From contig CM106586.1 of assembly GCA_048013815.1 (NCBI GenBank), forward strand, positions 12,648,001 to 12,712,000: a stretch of DNA of 64,000 nt, in the 5' to 3' direction. The notes under the pieces are model-generated. The model was given only the letters and a program-made list of their open reading frames with translations, was not told the DNA's origin and made no database searches. The DNA comes from Setoptus koraiensis. Its lineage: Eukaryota; Animalia; Arthropoda. The translations under genes were made by a program, and so were the position numbers. Positions 38,033 through 49,797 of this stretch are shown in pieces. The first letter of the stretch is position 1, and the number at the start of each line of letters is the position of its first letter.

Positions 38033-39143
38033 TAGATTCCTTGGCTGAGAGTTCCCATACAGCACATCCAGAAGTTGTTCAGTTGAGTTTTGGTTCAATA
38101 CCTGAATCCATTAAATTCTTTTAGAAAGCGGTCAATAGTTTTGGTTGCAGTAGTAATCTAGGTTGATTATGATCTGGATTATGTATTGCTTGATTTGTAC
38201 AGTTCTTTTTGAGCTCTATTTACAACGTGTCTAACGAAATGTGGGCGCTCTGTTGCGATTGACGCAATAACCTCATTGTAAGGATTTTGCACATGTGTTT
38301 GTGCATCTTATTGTGTTTCAGACAGCCATGTTGATGTTCATCCAAGCGTGCGCAAGGATACACGTTTTTCCATGTTTGTCATATCAATCGAAATCAACTC
38401 AAGGATGTGTTGAATTTCGGATCTATAATGAAAAACTTATGCTATGGGTATTTCTTGTTGCGGTTATGATAGAGCACCTTGAGAAAAGTAACTTCACGGG
38501 ACTGACGGAGGGGTCAAATCTAAGGGACATTCTTTTGGAATAAGTAGACCGAGTTGCATTTGATAATCACTGAACTTTTTTGGACGCTAAGCACGTCCCT
38601 AATTAGCATGATTGCACAAAACATCTCGTATTATTGTTCAGCCATTACAGTTAGGACCCTCCAGCGGTCAATTTAGGCGATTGCCAAGCACCGCACGATT
38701 GGTGACGGGTAAGGTATCTTCTGAGCTCCATTCTGAGTGTCACCTCAGTTGTTGCGAAATCACTTTTGGGAACACAAATATAGATAGGAGATCAAGTTAC
38801 AAGGATATCACAGTAAAGTCTCCGCCGATCCCATGTGAAGAGCACTCTCCAGACCCCATAGTAAAAAAACAAAATTCCAAAAATGGGCGTGACTGAAGCC
38901 TGGACCAGAAGTGAGACCCGGGTAAAAATACTCATCTCGTGCCCTATCGTGCCCACAACGAGAAATGCCCATAACAATCATTTTTCAAAATAGACCCAAT
39001 ACATCACACTGGTAATTATTGGAATGATACTCTATATATATCATATGATTGACTGTATTGTTCATTAATCGATGAGATAAAGGACCAAAACGTTTTCCAT
39101 CTTATTTGATATATCACAAGATACTAGGGTCTCTCTTATTGAG

Positions 39144-40424
39144 ATGATAGCATCCGGACTAAGTAGAAAAGTGAAATCACTCTCATTTACAGAATGCCTT
39201 GGCATAGGTTTAATTGTACGCATTGCATTGGTTCTGTACAGTGTTTATCATGACGGATCTTTCAGTCACATCAAATACACGGATATTGACTACCAAGTAG
39301 TCAGTAATGGTTCGTCAGCCCTAATCAACAAATCGAGCCCGTACACGGATCTGGAATATCGCTACTCGCCATTGCTCGCGCTTTTATTCATACCAAATGT
39401 TTTGTTCTTTGAGTGTTTCAGTAAAGTTACTCTTGTTTTGAGTGACTGTTTATGCGCTAAACTTTTGCACCTCATCAATTTACAGCAAGGAGTTTCTACC
39501 AATCATTCCAAGATATATGTAACTATTTTATGGCTGCTGAATCCACTTCCATTGGCCATTTCAACTAGAGGAAGCTTCGAACCTGTAATAGGATCTCTCA
39601 TACTTGCAACTATTTATGCATACAGTAGGAACAGACTACTTTTAGCCGGAACACTCTTCGGTTTGACCATACATCTCAAGATATACCCTATTATCTACTT
39701 GCCTGTCTTCTATCTATATCTCTCGGAGTGGACATCTAAGAAAACCGATAGAAACAACATATTGGCGAAGCTTTTCTACACACTCATGCCCAATCTGAAC
39801 CGTGTTTACTTTCTAGGCTCATCAGTGGTATCATTCTCCTTGATCACTTATGGATGTTATCTCATCTATGGTTATACTTACTTATACCAGTCATTTATCT
39901 ATCATTTTAGTAGGATAGATAAACAGCACAATTTCAGCGTATATTTCTATTTATTTAAACTGTACCCGAATCACATCGACAGTATACAGCACTTAGCGTT
40001 CTTGCCACAAGTGGGATCAATTATTCTGTGTACATTTTTGTATTACAGTCATGACAGAGAAGGTAAAAAAGTAAAACTCAGCCGACTGACATTTAGTTTA
40101 TTTTGTGAAACTTTTGCATTTGTTGCTTTAAACAAAGTTTGCACATCACAATATTTCATCTGGTACGTATTGTTCTTACCGTTGATCGGAGACAATATCA
40201 GTTTGAGCCTCAGTCAAGTAACAACACTTTTTAGTATTTGGATTTTATCACAAGCTCAATGGCTGCTTCCCGCTTACCTTTATGAATATCAAAACGTACA
40301 AATTTTAGACTTGGTCGGCCTTGCAAGTCTTATATTTCTTGCCAGCAATTTATTGATATTATATAATTTATGCGTTCATAATAGACTTTTGAATTCATAT
40401 CGAAAGAGCAAGAAAGCGCTCTGA
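39144..40424 (+). CDS. PIGM: GPI mannosyltransferase 1
   Basis: KYTDIDY catalytic motif, YRYSPLLA, ISTRGS, HLKIYPIIY, HNFSVYFY and NKVCTSQYF; polytopic membrane protein. Confidence 0.97.
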   Translation: MIASGLSRKVKSLSFTECLGIGLIVRIALVLYSVYHDGSFSHIKYTDIDYQVVSNGSSALINKSSPYTDLEYRYSPLLALLFIPNVLFFECFSKVTLVLSDCLCAKLLHLINLQQGVSTNHSKIYVTILWLLNPLPLAISTRGSFEPVIGSLILATIYAYSRNRLLLAGTLFGLTIHLKIYPIIYLPVFYLYLSEWTSKKTDRNNILAKLFYTLMPNLNRVYFLGSSVVSFSLITYGCYLIYGYTYLYQSFIYHFSRIDKQHNFSVYFYLFKLYPNHIDSIQHLAFLPQVGSIILCTFLYYSHDREGKKVKLSRLTFSLFCETFAFVALNKVCTSQYFIWYVLFLPLIGDNISLSLSQVTTLFSIWILSQAQWLLPAYLYEYQNVQILDLVGLASLIFLASNLLILYNLCVHNRLLNSYRKSKKAL

Positions 40425-41049
40425 ATGAGTGAAAAGATAAAAGGGTCAACAGTACTGGTCAGCTGATAGTGTTTGCTGTACGATGAATGCTAGCCAGACA
40501 GCCACTGCCCATTATGTGTGTGCTGTCCAGGCAGGCACAACATTCGTTCATAAAATAAATTGACCATATTATTGCATCATTGTTGACCTAAATATTTAAA
40601 TCGGACTTACTCATGTAACTATTACTAATATTATTATCATTATTATTATTATTATTGATAAAGTAGTATCCATCTCTGTGGCTAAATGATACCAGACATG
40701 GCATTGTGATACACTCAAAAGAAAGGAAATTTGTTTTTTAATTCTGACACATCATTAACAATTTCGCATTACACCATTCACTCTATTGCCATTACAATCA
40801 TCTATTATTACATCAAAAAACAATTGTCTCAATAGCAGTTACGACCAGTTGATTAATATTAATATTTTAGGTAATCACCGGAGCATAACTTATCATTCAC
40901 CAGGACTAGTGCTCTATCTAGCATCAATTATTGCAGCTACATTTCTGGGGATATGATGATATCATTAATTTGTCACACAAACTGACACTCTATTGACAAT
41001 TAGGATCTACTACTTTTCGATTCATTTGAGTAGTCGGCCAGTTGCAACA

Positions 41050-42750
41050 ATGGGCAATTTGCTCTGCTTTTGCCCTTCCATCGGCCAAAGGCGAGGGCAG
41101 AGGAAATCTGCATCGGATAGCCATCAGATTCCCGATGTCAGAGCAAATATAAGCACCTTTGTCAATGCAAAGGATCACCAAACTTTTGAATCAGCTCACA
41201 CTGCCGCTGAAATGAATCTGGTTCTGCAACGGCCCCCAGTCAATCTGGGAAACAACAACGGACTTTCAGGACATTCTCAAATACCTAGTCTTGTCGATTC
41301 GGGAGACAATGTTGCAGGCCTAAACTCTACCTCAGCCATATTAGGCGATCTTAATGGCAACGACAATAGCTCAAGCAATATGAACCTCTACCCTGTATAT
41401 ATAGCACTGTACGATTATGATGCTCGAACTCAAGACGATCTGAGCTTTAGAAAAGGAGAGTTACTTGAAGTTATAGACTCCAAACAAGGTGATTGGTGGT
41501 TAGCTAGATCAAAGGTCACAAAGTTAGAGGGCTACATACCGAGCAATTACGTTGCCAAATTCAAATCTATTGAGGCAGAACCATGGTACTTCGGGAAAAT
41601 CAAACGTGTTGAGGCCGAGAGGAGATTATTATCACCAGAAAATGAGCACGGATCTTTTCTCATACGTGACAGTGAAAGTCGCAGGTCAGACTACAGTCTA
41701 TCGGTTAGGGATGGTGATACTGTCAAACATTACAGAATAAGGCAACTGGACGAAGGTGGATTCTTTATAGCTCGTAGGACAGCATTTAGAAACTTGCCCG
41801 AGTTGGTCAAACATTATAGCCAGGATGCTGATGGTCTGTGTGTAGATTTGCGAAAACCCTGCATACAAATAGAGGAGCCAACAACTCATGGATTATCACA
41901 CAATACTCATGATATTTGGGAGATAGAAAGAGATCAATTGACATTCCTGAGAGAACTTGGGCACGGTCAATTCGGTCAAGTTTTCGAAGGCTTATGGAAT
42001 GAAACAACCAAAGTCGCCATCAAGACATTAAAGAAGGGCTCGATGGATCCCAAAGATTTCTTAGCAGAAGCACAAATAATGAAAGGGTTGAGGCACCCTA
42101 GATTAGTTCAATTGTACGCCGTTTGCACCAAAGAAGAGCCTATTTATATTGTTACAGAGCTCATGCAAAATGGATGCCTATTAGAGTATCTGCAAAAATC
42201 AAATCGCCAGTTAGATCTGCGAGTATTAATCGCTATGGGGGCACAGATAGCATCAGGTATGGCATATTTGGAAGCCCACAACTATGTTCATAGAGACTTG
42301 GCAGCTCGCAACATACTAGTTGGTGAGAATAATATAGTCAAGATAGCAGATTTTGGTTTAGCTAGACTCATAAAAGAGACAGAGTATGAGGCTCGTGCTG
42401 GTGCAAGATTTCCCATCAAATGGACCGCCCCTGAGGCCGCTAACTATAGCAAATTCAGTATTAAGAGTGACGTTTGGTCTTTTGGCATTGTATTATATGA
42501 GATAATTACATACGGACGAGTTCCATATCCAAGTATGAGCAATACTGAAGTACTCAATCAAATTGAGCATGGTTATCGAATGCCAGCACCCTCTGGTTGT
42601 CCTAAAGCCCTCTATGAGATTATGTTTGAATGTTGGCTTAAAGATCCGAACAAAAGGCCAACGTTTGAAACTCTACAATGGAAGTTGGACGAATTTTTCC
42701 AAATGGATGAAACAGAGTACAGAGACGCGAACCATTTCAATGTTAGATAA
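41050..42750 (+). CDS. Src42A: Src42A-like non-receptor tyrosine kinase (SH3-SH2-kinase), intronless
   Basis: True start MGNLLCFC (myristoylation Gly plus Cys). SH3 [10 protein letters not shown]2 WYFGKI...FLIRDSE, kinase [23 protein letters not shown] and a C-terminal regulatory Tyr (TEYRDA). Confidence 0.93.
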   Translation: MGNLLCFCPSIGQRRGQRKSASDSHQIPDVRANISTFVNAKDHQTFESAHTAAEMNLVLQRPPVNLGNNNGLSGHSQIPSLVDSGDNVAGLNSTSAILGDLNGNDNSSSNMNLYPVYIALYDYDARTQDDLSFRKGELLEVIDSKQGDWWLARSKVTKLEGYIPSNYVAKFKSIEAEPWYFGKIKRVEAERRLLSPENEHGSFLIRDSESRRSDYSLSVRDGDTVKHYRIRQLDEGGFFIARRTAFRNLPELVKHYSQDADGLCVDLRKPCIQIEEPTTHGLSHNTHDIWEIERDQLTFLRELGHGQFGQVFEGLWNETTKVAIKTLKKGSMDPKDFLAEAQIMKGLRHPRLVQLYAVCTKEEPIYIVTELMQNGCLLEYLQKSNRQLDLRVLIAMGAQIASGMAYLEAHNYVHRDLAARNILVGENNIVKIADFGLARLIKETEYEARAGARFPIKWTAPEAANYSKFSIKSDVWSFGIVLYEIITYGRVPYPSMSNTEVLNQIEHGYRMPAPSGCPKALYEIMFECWLKDPNKRPTFETLQWKLDEFFQMDETEYRDANHFNVR

Positions 42751-44257
42751 ATTTAGCCTTAATGAATAAAATTTCTATAAGTTATTCAGCCTACAATAAT
42801 ATGATTATGAGTTTGATCCTTATAATCATTTGAGATAATGAAATTGTATGAGAGCAACGTGGACGATCTATCTCTCTGCATGGAACATTTCATAATGAAT
42901 CTCAATGTACATTTCGTCATTATGAGTTTGCCGCATCACAAGTAGTTGTATATTGATAATAGATAGATGGAGGCCTCTGTGGGTCCGAATGTAGAGTGAT
43001 AAGGATCAAACTCAGCTAGGTGACGATCTCGACAACATAAATGAAAGAGATCGAATTCTGACGGAATGAGGTCACGAGAAACAAATGTATTGAATCTCCC
43101 AAATGCTCTGGAATGAAAATGGACTCAATGCTGCCTTCAATGGACTGTTGTGTGTGTGATTGTCTTTACCTATCAATAGAAAATTGATGATCGTCAGGTA
43201 GAACGACATGACGTGCGAGTTCAATGAGATGGAATTGAATGGTCATATTGCACTCGGACCATTTACAGGCTATCACGATGAATGTGTACAAAAAATTCTG
43301 AATTTTGAATACTGTGAGATCGACATCGATACTTCATTCCGCTGATTAACGCATCAGCGTCTGTTTTGTAGTTTGGATCAGCGAAATTGACAACCAATTC
43401 GAGAACCAATACATCCCCGTGCTTTTTTTCTCGTCTTTGTAGTTTTTCAACTATCAATAATGTTCGATGAACAGTTGATCAGTGTCGTCTAGGCATGATT
43501 CAGGAAGTTAGCACATGCGAGAACATCGCAGTTGATTGTCGTAGTTGTCATTTATCTTACAGCTACGAACACGGGAATCAGTACACCTTGAAAGTTGATA
43601 CAATTGTGTGCAGTATTAATTGCCATGTACCTGTTGATTGTTTGTTGTTTGTTGTCGACAGGTTGATTGTTTCATCCGAGTTGGCGGCATTCGCTAAGCT
43701 TCTCTCTCCAGTTTTCAGTCGTAATGTCAGGATAGATGTCTAATGAATAGCCATTGCAACTGATCGACAAAGTTTTCTACCAACAAACTAGAAAACAATA
43801 ACAACAACAAGACAACGATATCTTCATCTATTACATGTGTCAGTTGTATCTATAGAAAAGCATTTATCAAAACTAACTGTATACATTCCTTCTGATTGCA
43901 GCAATGACGAATGAGCTGAACACAACCAGCTCGGATCTTGGTTGTGAAATTTTATGTAGCATCACTAGACGTTCACCTGAGTAGTGACACAGTCGAGTGT
44001 TACCGAAGGAATTTCCACCAAAGTTTTGATCAACAATTTGCTTACTTTTACATCTGATTAGTCGCCGTTTTGACACGATGAAAGTTAGACAGATTTGAGG
44101 CAATTCAAGAAATGAACGACCAGAGTAATCAAGTGATTACCAAAGTGACCAGGTCAACACAATGAGTGCAACGTAGATATAGACGAATATTGCTTACTTC
44201 ATCAATGACTTACAAATCAATAAATTCATTGCGAATCACAAATTCATCACACTCAAC

Positions 44258-44896
44258 ATGCACTTACTAACAAGTATCACACTAAATTGTCTCCTAGTTA
44301 TACTGGCCAGTCAAGCTTACCCAATGGCCATGTCATATCATCAGCGTCATGCTCTTCGCAAACGTCACCACAATAATCAACAACAATTAGATACTTCTAA
44401 TAGTAGACCACTGCAAATGTCTGCATCATCGCAAACAGCGTCAACAAGCAAAACAGATGAGACCTCTCCGATCAGCACCAATCATAATGACGGTAGCCAG
44501 GTTGTTGTTGGAAAATTCAAGGCACCCTCGCCACCTAAAACACGAAAGCCACCACGGAAATTTACTCACGGTACACAAATTACGTCGGCCTCGATGAGAG
44601 TAAACGATCGATCCGATGATAAGTTCACATTGACAGAAAAGACAGTCCACGGCAAAGTTAGTGGACCACCGCCAAATCAACGCTACGTAAGCGCAAAGAT
44701 ACAAGTCAGCGACGAAGGTCTCAATTATCCACCGTCGAAATTGTCTGCCGATATTTATGGTAATGTGGCTGAAATAATTACAGCACCTCCCGAGGCAATT
44801 GATGGCGATTATCTGCTAAATCAATCTTCCTACTTCAACGCAGACGAAAACGATCGACAGCAAGCACTTAGAGAAAATAGACGGCTAAAGACTTAG
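44258..44896 (+). CDS. Secreted orphan protein, family copy B (212 aa)
   Basis: Signal peptide MHLLTSITLNCLLVILASQA; paralog of 25543-26175 and nearly identical to 56115-56753. Confidence 0.85.
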   Translation: MHLLTSITLNCLLVILASQAYPMAMSYHQRHALRKRHHNNQQQLDTSNSRPLQMSASSQTASTSKTDETSPISTNHNDGSQVVVGKFKAPSPPKTRKPPRKFTHGTQITSASMRVNDRSDDKFTLTEKTVHGKVSGPPPNQRYVSAKIQVSDEGLNYPPSKLSADIYGNVAEIITAPPEAIDGDYLLNQSSYFNADENDRQQALRENRRLKT

Positions 44897-44996
44897 GTCG
44901 TGGGCCAGTCGTGGCTACGATTGTATATTATAGTATCGTGTATTTGAAGAGATTGAGATGATGTCGGAAATAACAGCAGCAAGATTGAGTGTATGT

Positions 44997-46220
44997 TCAC
45001 TTGTTTATTAGCAGTATGTCATCGTTTCTCTCAACTTCATCATTGAGCTCCCTGACACCAAGATTGAACTTGGCCGCTTTGCAACAAATCTGATCATAAT
45101 TGTGATTTCCATCAAACAAATCGTATGGAATCCTAGGATTAATTACTTGCTTATTCACATCATTGTGTTCATTGTGCTCGATGACAGGATACTTGTGTAA
45201 TCGTCTAATCATACCTTTCATCAGGCCAAATCGGACAAGTTTCTTCTCATCAATGTTTAAGCTATTTGGGTTATATTGCAAACATAGATCTCGCACTGTT
45301 ATGCCATAATTCATGTTGCAATACATTTTGTATATAGATCTAAAAGAGGGCTCTTGTTTTGTGCCAGAATGTTTAGTTACAAATTTGATACATTCTTGTT
45401 GGAGACACAAGTTTTCATTCAGTTCAACAAGTCGATGTGTAGGCACATAAAAATTGGAATATTGGAAAATAGATATTAATGTCACTATTCCATAATATAT
45501 CATGTTCTGTATACAGGCCTTCACCAGACTCACTTCAACATCTGCCTCGGCCGCTATTTTTGATATGTGTCTGAAACCGTCTATATACGGTATTATTTGT
45601 TGTGTTGTGAGATCCCATTGCGACGGTTTCATTATACCCCGTGTAGATAAGAATACTGGCACTTGTTCATTGTGCACTTGTTCCGGATCGGGATGCACCT
45701 TGACAATTTTGAGATTGATAGTGGTTGATGAGGTAATATTGATTCTGCAAACCCTGAACTGATTCAATTGATCCATGACGTCCCTCATAATCTCGGGTAA
45801 TTTCTCTTTGTGAATGGGTTTAGATAAGTAGCCGCACTCCAGCTCTAAATTGACTAGATAATTGGCTAGTTTTTTCACTATGGGTTCATACTGGAATGTC
45901 CTCATGGAGGGCTTACAAACAAAACAAAGATTGAATATCAAACGATTTCGCGCATAACGAGCATGATCGATTCCCACTGGGTATCCGATAATTTTCAGAC
46001 CTAAAGCATTAACTGTTAATAGACGTCTCTCCAGTTCAGTCTTGGGAATCAGGTAATCGCTCAATGAGTCGAATGCCTCCTTGGATACGTATCCTGGTGG
46101 ACTCTGATATACTATCATGGGGCCAGCGGTTGGATGAAATTCGCAATAGAATATCGACTCAATGGGGCTATCCTCTTGAGCTATATCCACAACATTTGGG
46201 GCTTTTGATTTGGAGGCCAT
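44997..46220 (-). CDS. NPRL2: GATOR1 complex subunit NPRL2, intronless
   Basis: IFYCEFHPTAGPMIVYQ, YLIPKTEL, IIGYPVGI...YARNRLIFNLCFV, WDLTTQQIIPYIDG and KLVRFGLMKGMIRRLHKYP. Confidence 0.96.
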   Translation of the reverse strand: MASKSKAPNVVDIAQEDSPIESIFYCEFHPTAGPMIVYQSPPGYVSKEAFDSLSDYLIPKTELERRLLTVNALGLKIIGYPVGIDHARYARNRLIFNLCFVCKPSMRTFQYEPIVKKLANYLVNLELECGYLSKPIHKEKLPEIMRDVMDQLNQFRVCRINITSSTTINLKIVKVHPDPEQVHNEQVPVFLSTRGIMKPSQWDLTTQQIIPYIDGFRHISKIAAEADVEVSLVKACIQNMIYYGIVTLISIFQYSNFYVPTHRLVELNENLCLQQECIKFVTKHSGTKQEPSFRSIYKMYCNMNYGITVRDLCLQYNPNSLNIDEKKLVRFGLMKGMIRRLHKYPVIEHNEHNDVNKQVINPRIPYDLFDGNHNYDQICCKAAKFNLGVRELNDEVERNDDILLINK

Positions 46221-47261
46221 GTTCAGTATGCATGTGTCTAGCTGACGTTATGATTGCAGCCACAGCAAGGATAATTCACGAAAGATTTACGAGATTTAGC
46301 TGAGTTTAGTTTATTTTTTCTTCTGATACTTGTTTGTGGTTGTTGCAAATGGTCCGAAAAACTGCAAGTCGCGAGAAAACTATGCTTATTTACAAACTGT
46401 GCATCGCTCATATGTTTGCGAAAAATTTACGCTTCTCTCCACTAGAGTGCGTCGTACACCTGACGGGTTTTCCACCCAGCGAAGGAAACAATGGAGATGT
46501 GCGCTTGTTCGTGCGGACACCTTTGGTCACGAAAGTTTTACTAAATTTTCGCGCTGGCGGTGCCTTCAAGGTTGATAATTGTTAGACAGAATGCCACAAA
46601 AGCTTGCATTTCATTCTACGAGTCCTATGCCAGGTCACCTCAGCAAGCAAAGGTGTGGAAAAATTCGAGAATCAGGGCTTCATGATGACCGGCGGGTCTC
46701 TTTGGCGCCACTGTTTCGTTTATCAGTGACAGTCAAAGTTTTCGAAATCACGTAGCCCATGCTATTGTTGCAGGTCAGTTTATAACGCCGATTATTTACG
46801 TAACGAACGACATAAGTAACAGCCCTACTCTCTGGGCATGTGTCACTGGTGCGAGTAAATGATGTGACACGCAGCAACCGGTGCACCGGCCAACACAACA
46901 ACACGAACAACAAATATTGCAAATAAACATATAACTGTGATTTTCGTCTAACGAAATTACGATATTTCATTAGCCACGCCGATCGTATATTAGCATAATT
47001 AGCTCAAATCAGCGCGATTGTAGTGTGTGTACATGGTACGTACATCATTTGCTGAATTACCCCTTTCTCCGCACATGATAGATCTCGCTGTATTAATTAC
47101 GCTAGAAATCGCCAACCAGACAAACAATCAAGATTTGCGTTAGCAGTCCTGATATTTTCGGATTTTTTTGTGTCCACAGTTGTGAATCCAAATAGAACTC
47201 AGAAAATATCGAAAATTCTTTATTTGTAAATCTGACAGATTTAGCTCACTTAGACAGCACT

Positions 47262-47552
47262 TTATCCAGAAGCGGCCGTGTCAGTAGCAGTTTGTGTTTC
47301 GGTTCCGGAGGTTGTTTGAGTCGGGTTTGTGGCTGTTTGTGTATCAGTTCCAGAGGTTGTAGTAGTAGTGGTGGTTGAGCTGGAAAACAGAGCTCTTATT
47401 GTTGTGTCCTGTGTTATGTTTGGCCATCTATTTACGTAGGCACGAATACGTTGTTTGGCCCCATTTTCATTAAGACAACAATAAACCAGTTGAAGAGTTA
47501 TAGCCAACATTAAGAATGTTGCTAAGCATTTGATGGCGACTTTTGATTGCAT
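47262..47552 (-). CDS. Small secreted Thr/Ser-rich protein, copy 1 (96 aa)
   Basis: Signal peptide, conserved 34-aa core CLNENGAKQRIRAYVNRWPNITQDTTIRALFSSS and a mucin-like tail; inverted paralog at 48423-48674. Confidence 0.85.
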   Translation of the reverse strand: MQSKVAIKCLATFLMLAITLQLVYCCLNENGAKQRIRAYVNRWPNITQDTTIRALFSSSTTTTTTTSGTDTQTATNPTQTTSGTETQTATDTAASG

Positions 47553-48422
47553 CTTACTTTTGTTAGAATATTTTTTCTTGGATTGAATTGGATAGACTTT
47601 ATAATTGTTTTGAATTGCAGTGTCAACTTGTTTGCTTGAGCTCTAATCACTGGTAATGCTATCTTGATCGTATTTCTACTTGCTGTCAAAACAAGCTCAA
47701 GTGACCCCATTTATATCTGGTATGGATGACCCAGCATGGAAATATTTTTCTAGCGGATAAAGCATAAACTCGTGAATGGGCGCACAGTTTGTCAATAATT
47801 CATTTATTCATTCCAACGAAATATAACTATTATGTGTATAACAGGCATACGTAAAACACTGTGCAATCAATCAAACAAATCAGCGATCTTGCATAACTTG
47901 CAGGTCTTGCCGTAACCCGAAACAACAATCTAGCACGTAACGATCATCGTTACGAAACTAATGATTGCCAAACAACGAGGCTCATCTACCTGATGAAATG
48001 GTGAATAAATAAATTAATTATTTGCAGATGATGTATATCTCATTATTTAAGTGACAACCTATACTCAAACAGATCGCAATCAAATGCATAAATAATTTAT
48101 GGATCAATAATGCGATGACTCAGTACTTATACAGCAGTATTAGAGCTTCCTAACCTAGATGATGTAATTCAGGTTTAATATCGATGAAATACTTTCTTAA
48201 TCCAATTGAATTCATTCCGACAACTACTTCGTAAGCTGGGTGAGTTCCCGCCAGATAGAACACGAGCTATATATACTGAGCCAAGTCGTCTACGGTTTGT
48301 AGTTGAACAGTAAGCAGAAATACCATCGATCGCAAAAAAAGTTGACAGTGCAATTTAAAACAAATACAATTGATCAAGTCTATCCCAGTCAATCCAAGAA
48401 AACATATTCTAACAAAAGTAAG

Positions 48423-48674
48423 ATGCAATCGAAAGTGGCCATCAAATGCTTAGCAACATTCTTAATGTTGGCTGTAACTCTTCAATTGGTTTCTGGCTGT
48501 CTCAATGAAACTGGGGCCAAGCAACGTATCCAAGCCTATGTAAATAGATGGCCAAACATAACACAGGACACAACAATAAGAGCCCTGTTTTCCAGCTCAA
48601 CAACAACCTCCGGGACTGGGACTCAAACAACCTCCGGAACTGGTACACAAACAGCCACGGGGACAGCGACTTAA
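48423..48674 (+). CDS. Small secreted Thr/Ser-rich protein, copy 2 (83 aa)
   Basis: ATG at 48423, with the same signal peptide and core as 47262-47552 and a shorter TTSGTGTQ repeat tail. Upstream homology extends ~130 nt; TATA-like motifs lie ~155-160 nt before both ATGs. Confidence 0.85.
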   Translation: MQSKVAIKCLATFLMLAVTLQLVSGCLNETGAKQRIQAYVNRWPNITQDTTIRALFSSSTTTSGTGTQTTSGTGTQTATGTAT

Positions 48675-49797
48675 ACAGCGACCAGAACTGGATCCTAAAA
48701 TGCAGCTGATATCCGTTGCAACCGACTTAAGATTAAAAACCCGCAAGTGATGTTTTTTAATGTGAATTCGTTTCGGATTAAATCGAGTATTAGTACTCTA
48801 ACAAAAGCAAATTCTTACATCGCATCTGAAGAGTTGCTCGTGTTACTTTCGCTATGGCCAGATTCATGCAAGTCGGCTCTTGTTTCGCAGCAACTCTTAC
48901 TTTTCAGCTGGATTTGCAGTGAGAACAACAGTTGTTCGCGATATACATGACTTGTTTATTCTGATAAAAGCTCATTGTTTTTGAATGGCTTGCAAAAGGA
49001 TGAGGTTTGGAGAGATCGATCTGGTATTGCTATTGGGATGCGTTGGGAAAACGAATAAAAAAAGTGCAAAAGGATTCTAATTAGACTATGATAATTTTCA
49101 CGGTGTAATTGAATCGAGTCATTATTTAACTCTTTTGATTGTTCTTTCGTGCCACGAAAGAGCTGGCCACTCAGAAAGATGCCATCTTATCTGTGGATCT
49201 GGTGTCGACAAAGGGAAGTATCGATGTGATTGAGATGTAGTGAGGGTAATAGGCATGAAAGAGTGGCAACAACGGATAGTTAGCAGCCATTTGTATATCT
49301 TTCAAGTTTCATCTTATGCTGCTCTCTATCTCTCTTGTCTCATATTATATTGCTTCAAACTCACATAATCTTACCTAATATCCTATTGTTTTTGGAACAA
49401 AGATACGAAAACAACGTCAATCTCCAATTATCTCTAATTGTTGTTAACGATTATCGGAATTATCGCTGTGCTTCTTCCGTTGTAGTCAACAATCATTGAT
49501 CGTGAAGATTTTGCTGATGTGGCTTAGATAAAAGCATTGATTGGAGCTAATGTTGGTATATTTGACAATCGTCTATTCAAAACGGTTTACATCGGCAAGT
49601 GTCTCAAAAAAGGAAGATCTTCATTTTGTTTCTAGCGGCAATCATCACCAATAAGATAATTGATAATAAACACCGCTGCTGTCGAACAACAATCAAGTTT
49701 CTAATGACAATTGTCCGGATTGTCATGAGAAACAAGAATTGACAGATGTGTGTTCGCTTAAATTGCCTCAAGAGAGACCATCAATATCAATAGGACA

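Larger units (their letters stand above)
43446..46473 (+). repeat. Left arm of the outer inverted duplication
   Basis: Reverse complement aligns to 55818-57565; ~99% identical over 43446-44946 and visibly more diverged in the distal blocks. Confidence 0.95.

Noticed and set aside
38349-38377. TGCGCAAGGATACACG...TTCCATGTTT, resembling the U6 internal stem-loop and 3' end
   Set aside because: No ACAGAGA box and no U6 5' stem; at most a tiny relic, possibly chance.
38250-39000. Hydrophobic 61-aa ORF and neighbouring broken frames between ATPSCKMT and PIG-M
   Set aside because: No ATG start, frequent stops in all frames and no family match; insufficient support even for a pseudogene call.
43495-44103. 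ORFs duplicated at 56899-57138 and 57268-57516, one ending NVRIDV like 29630-29842
   Set aside because: The duplication follows from the inverted repeat, and the frame is not preserved in the diverged third copy, so the conservation is non-coding.
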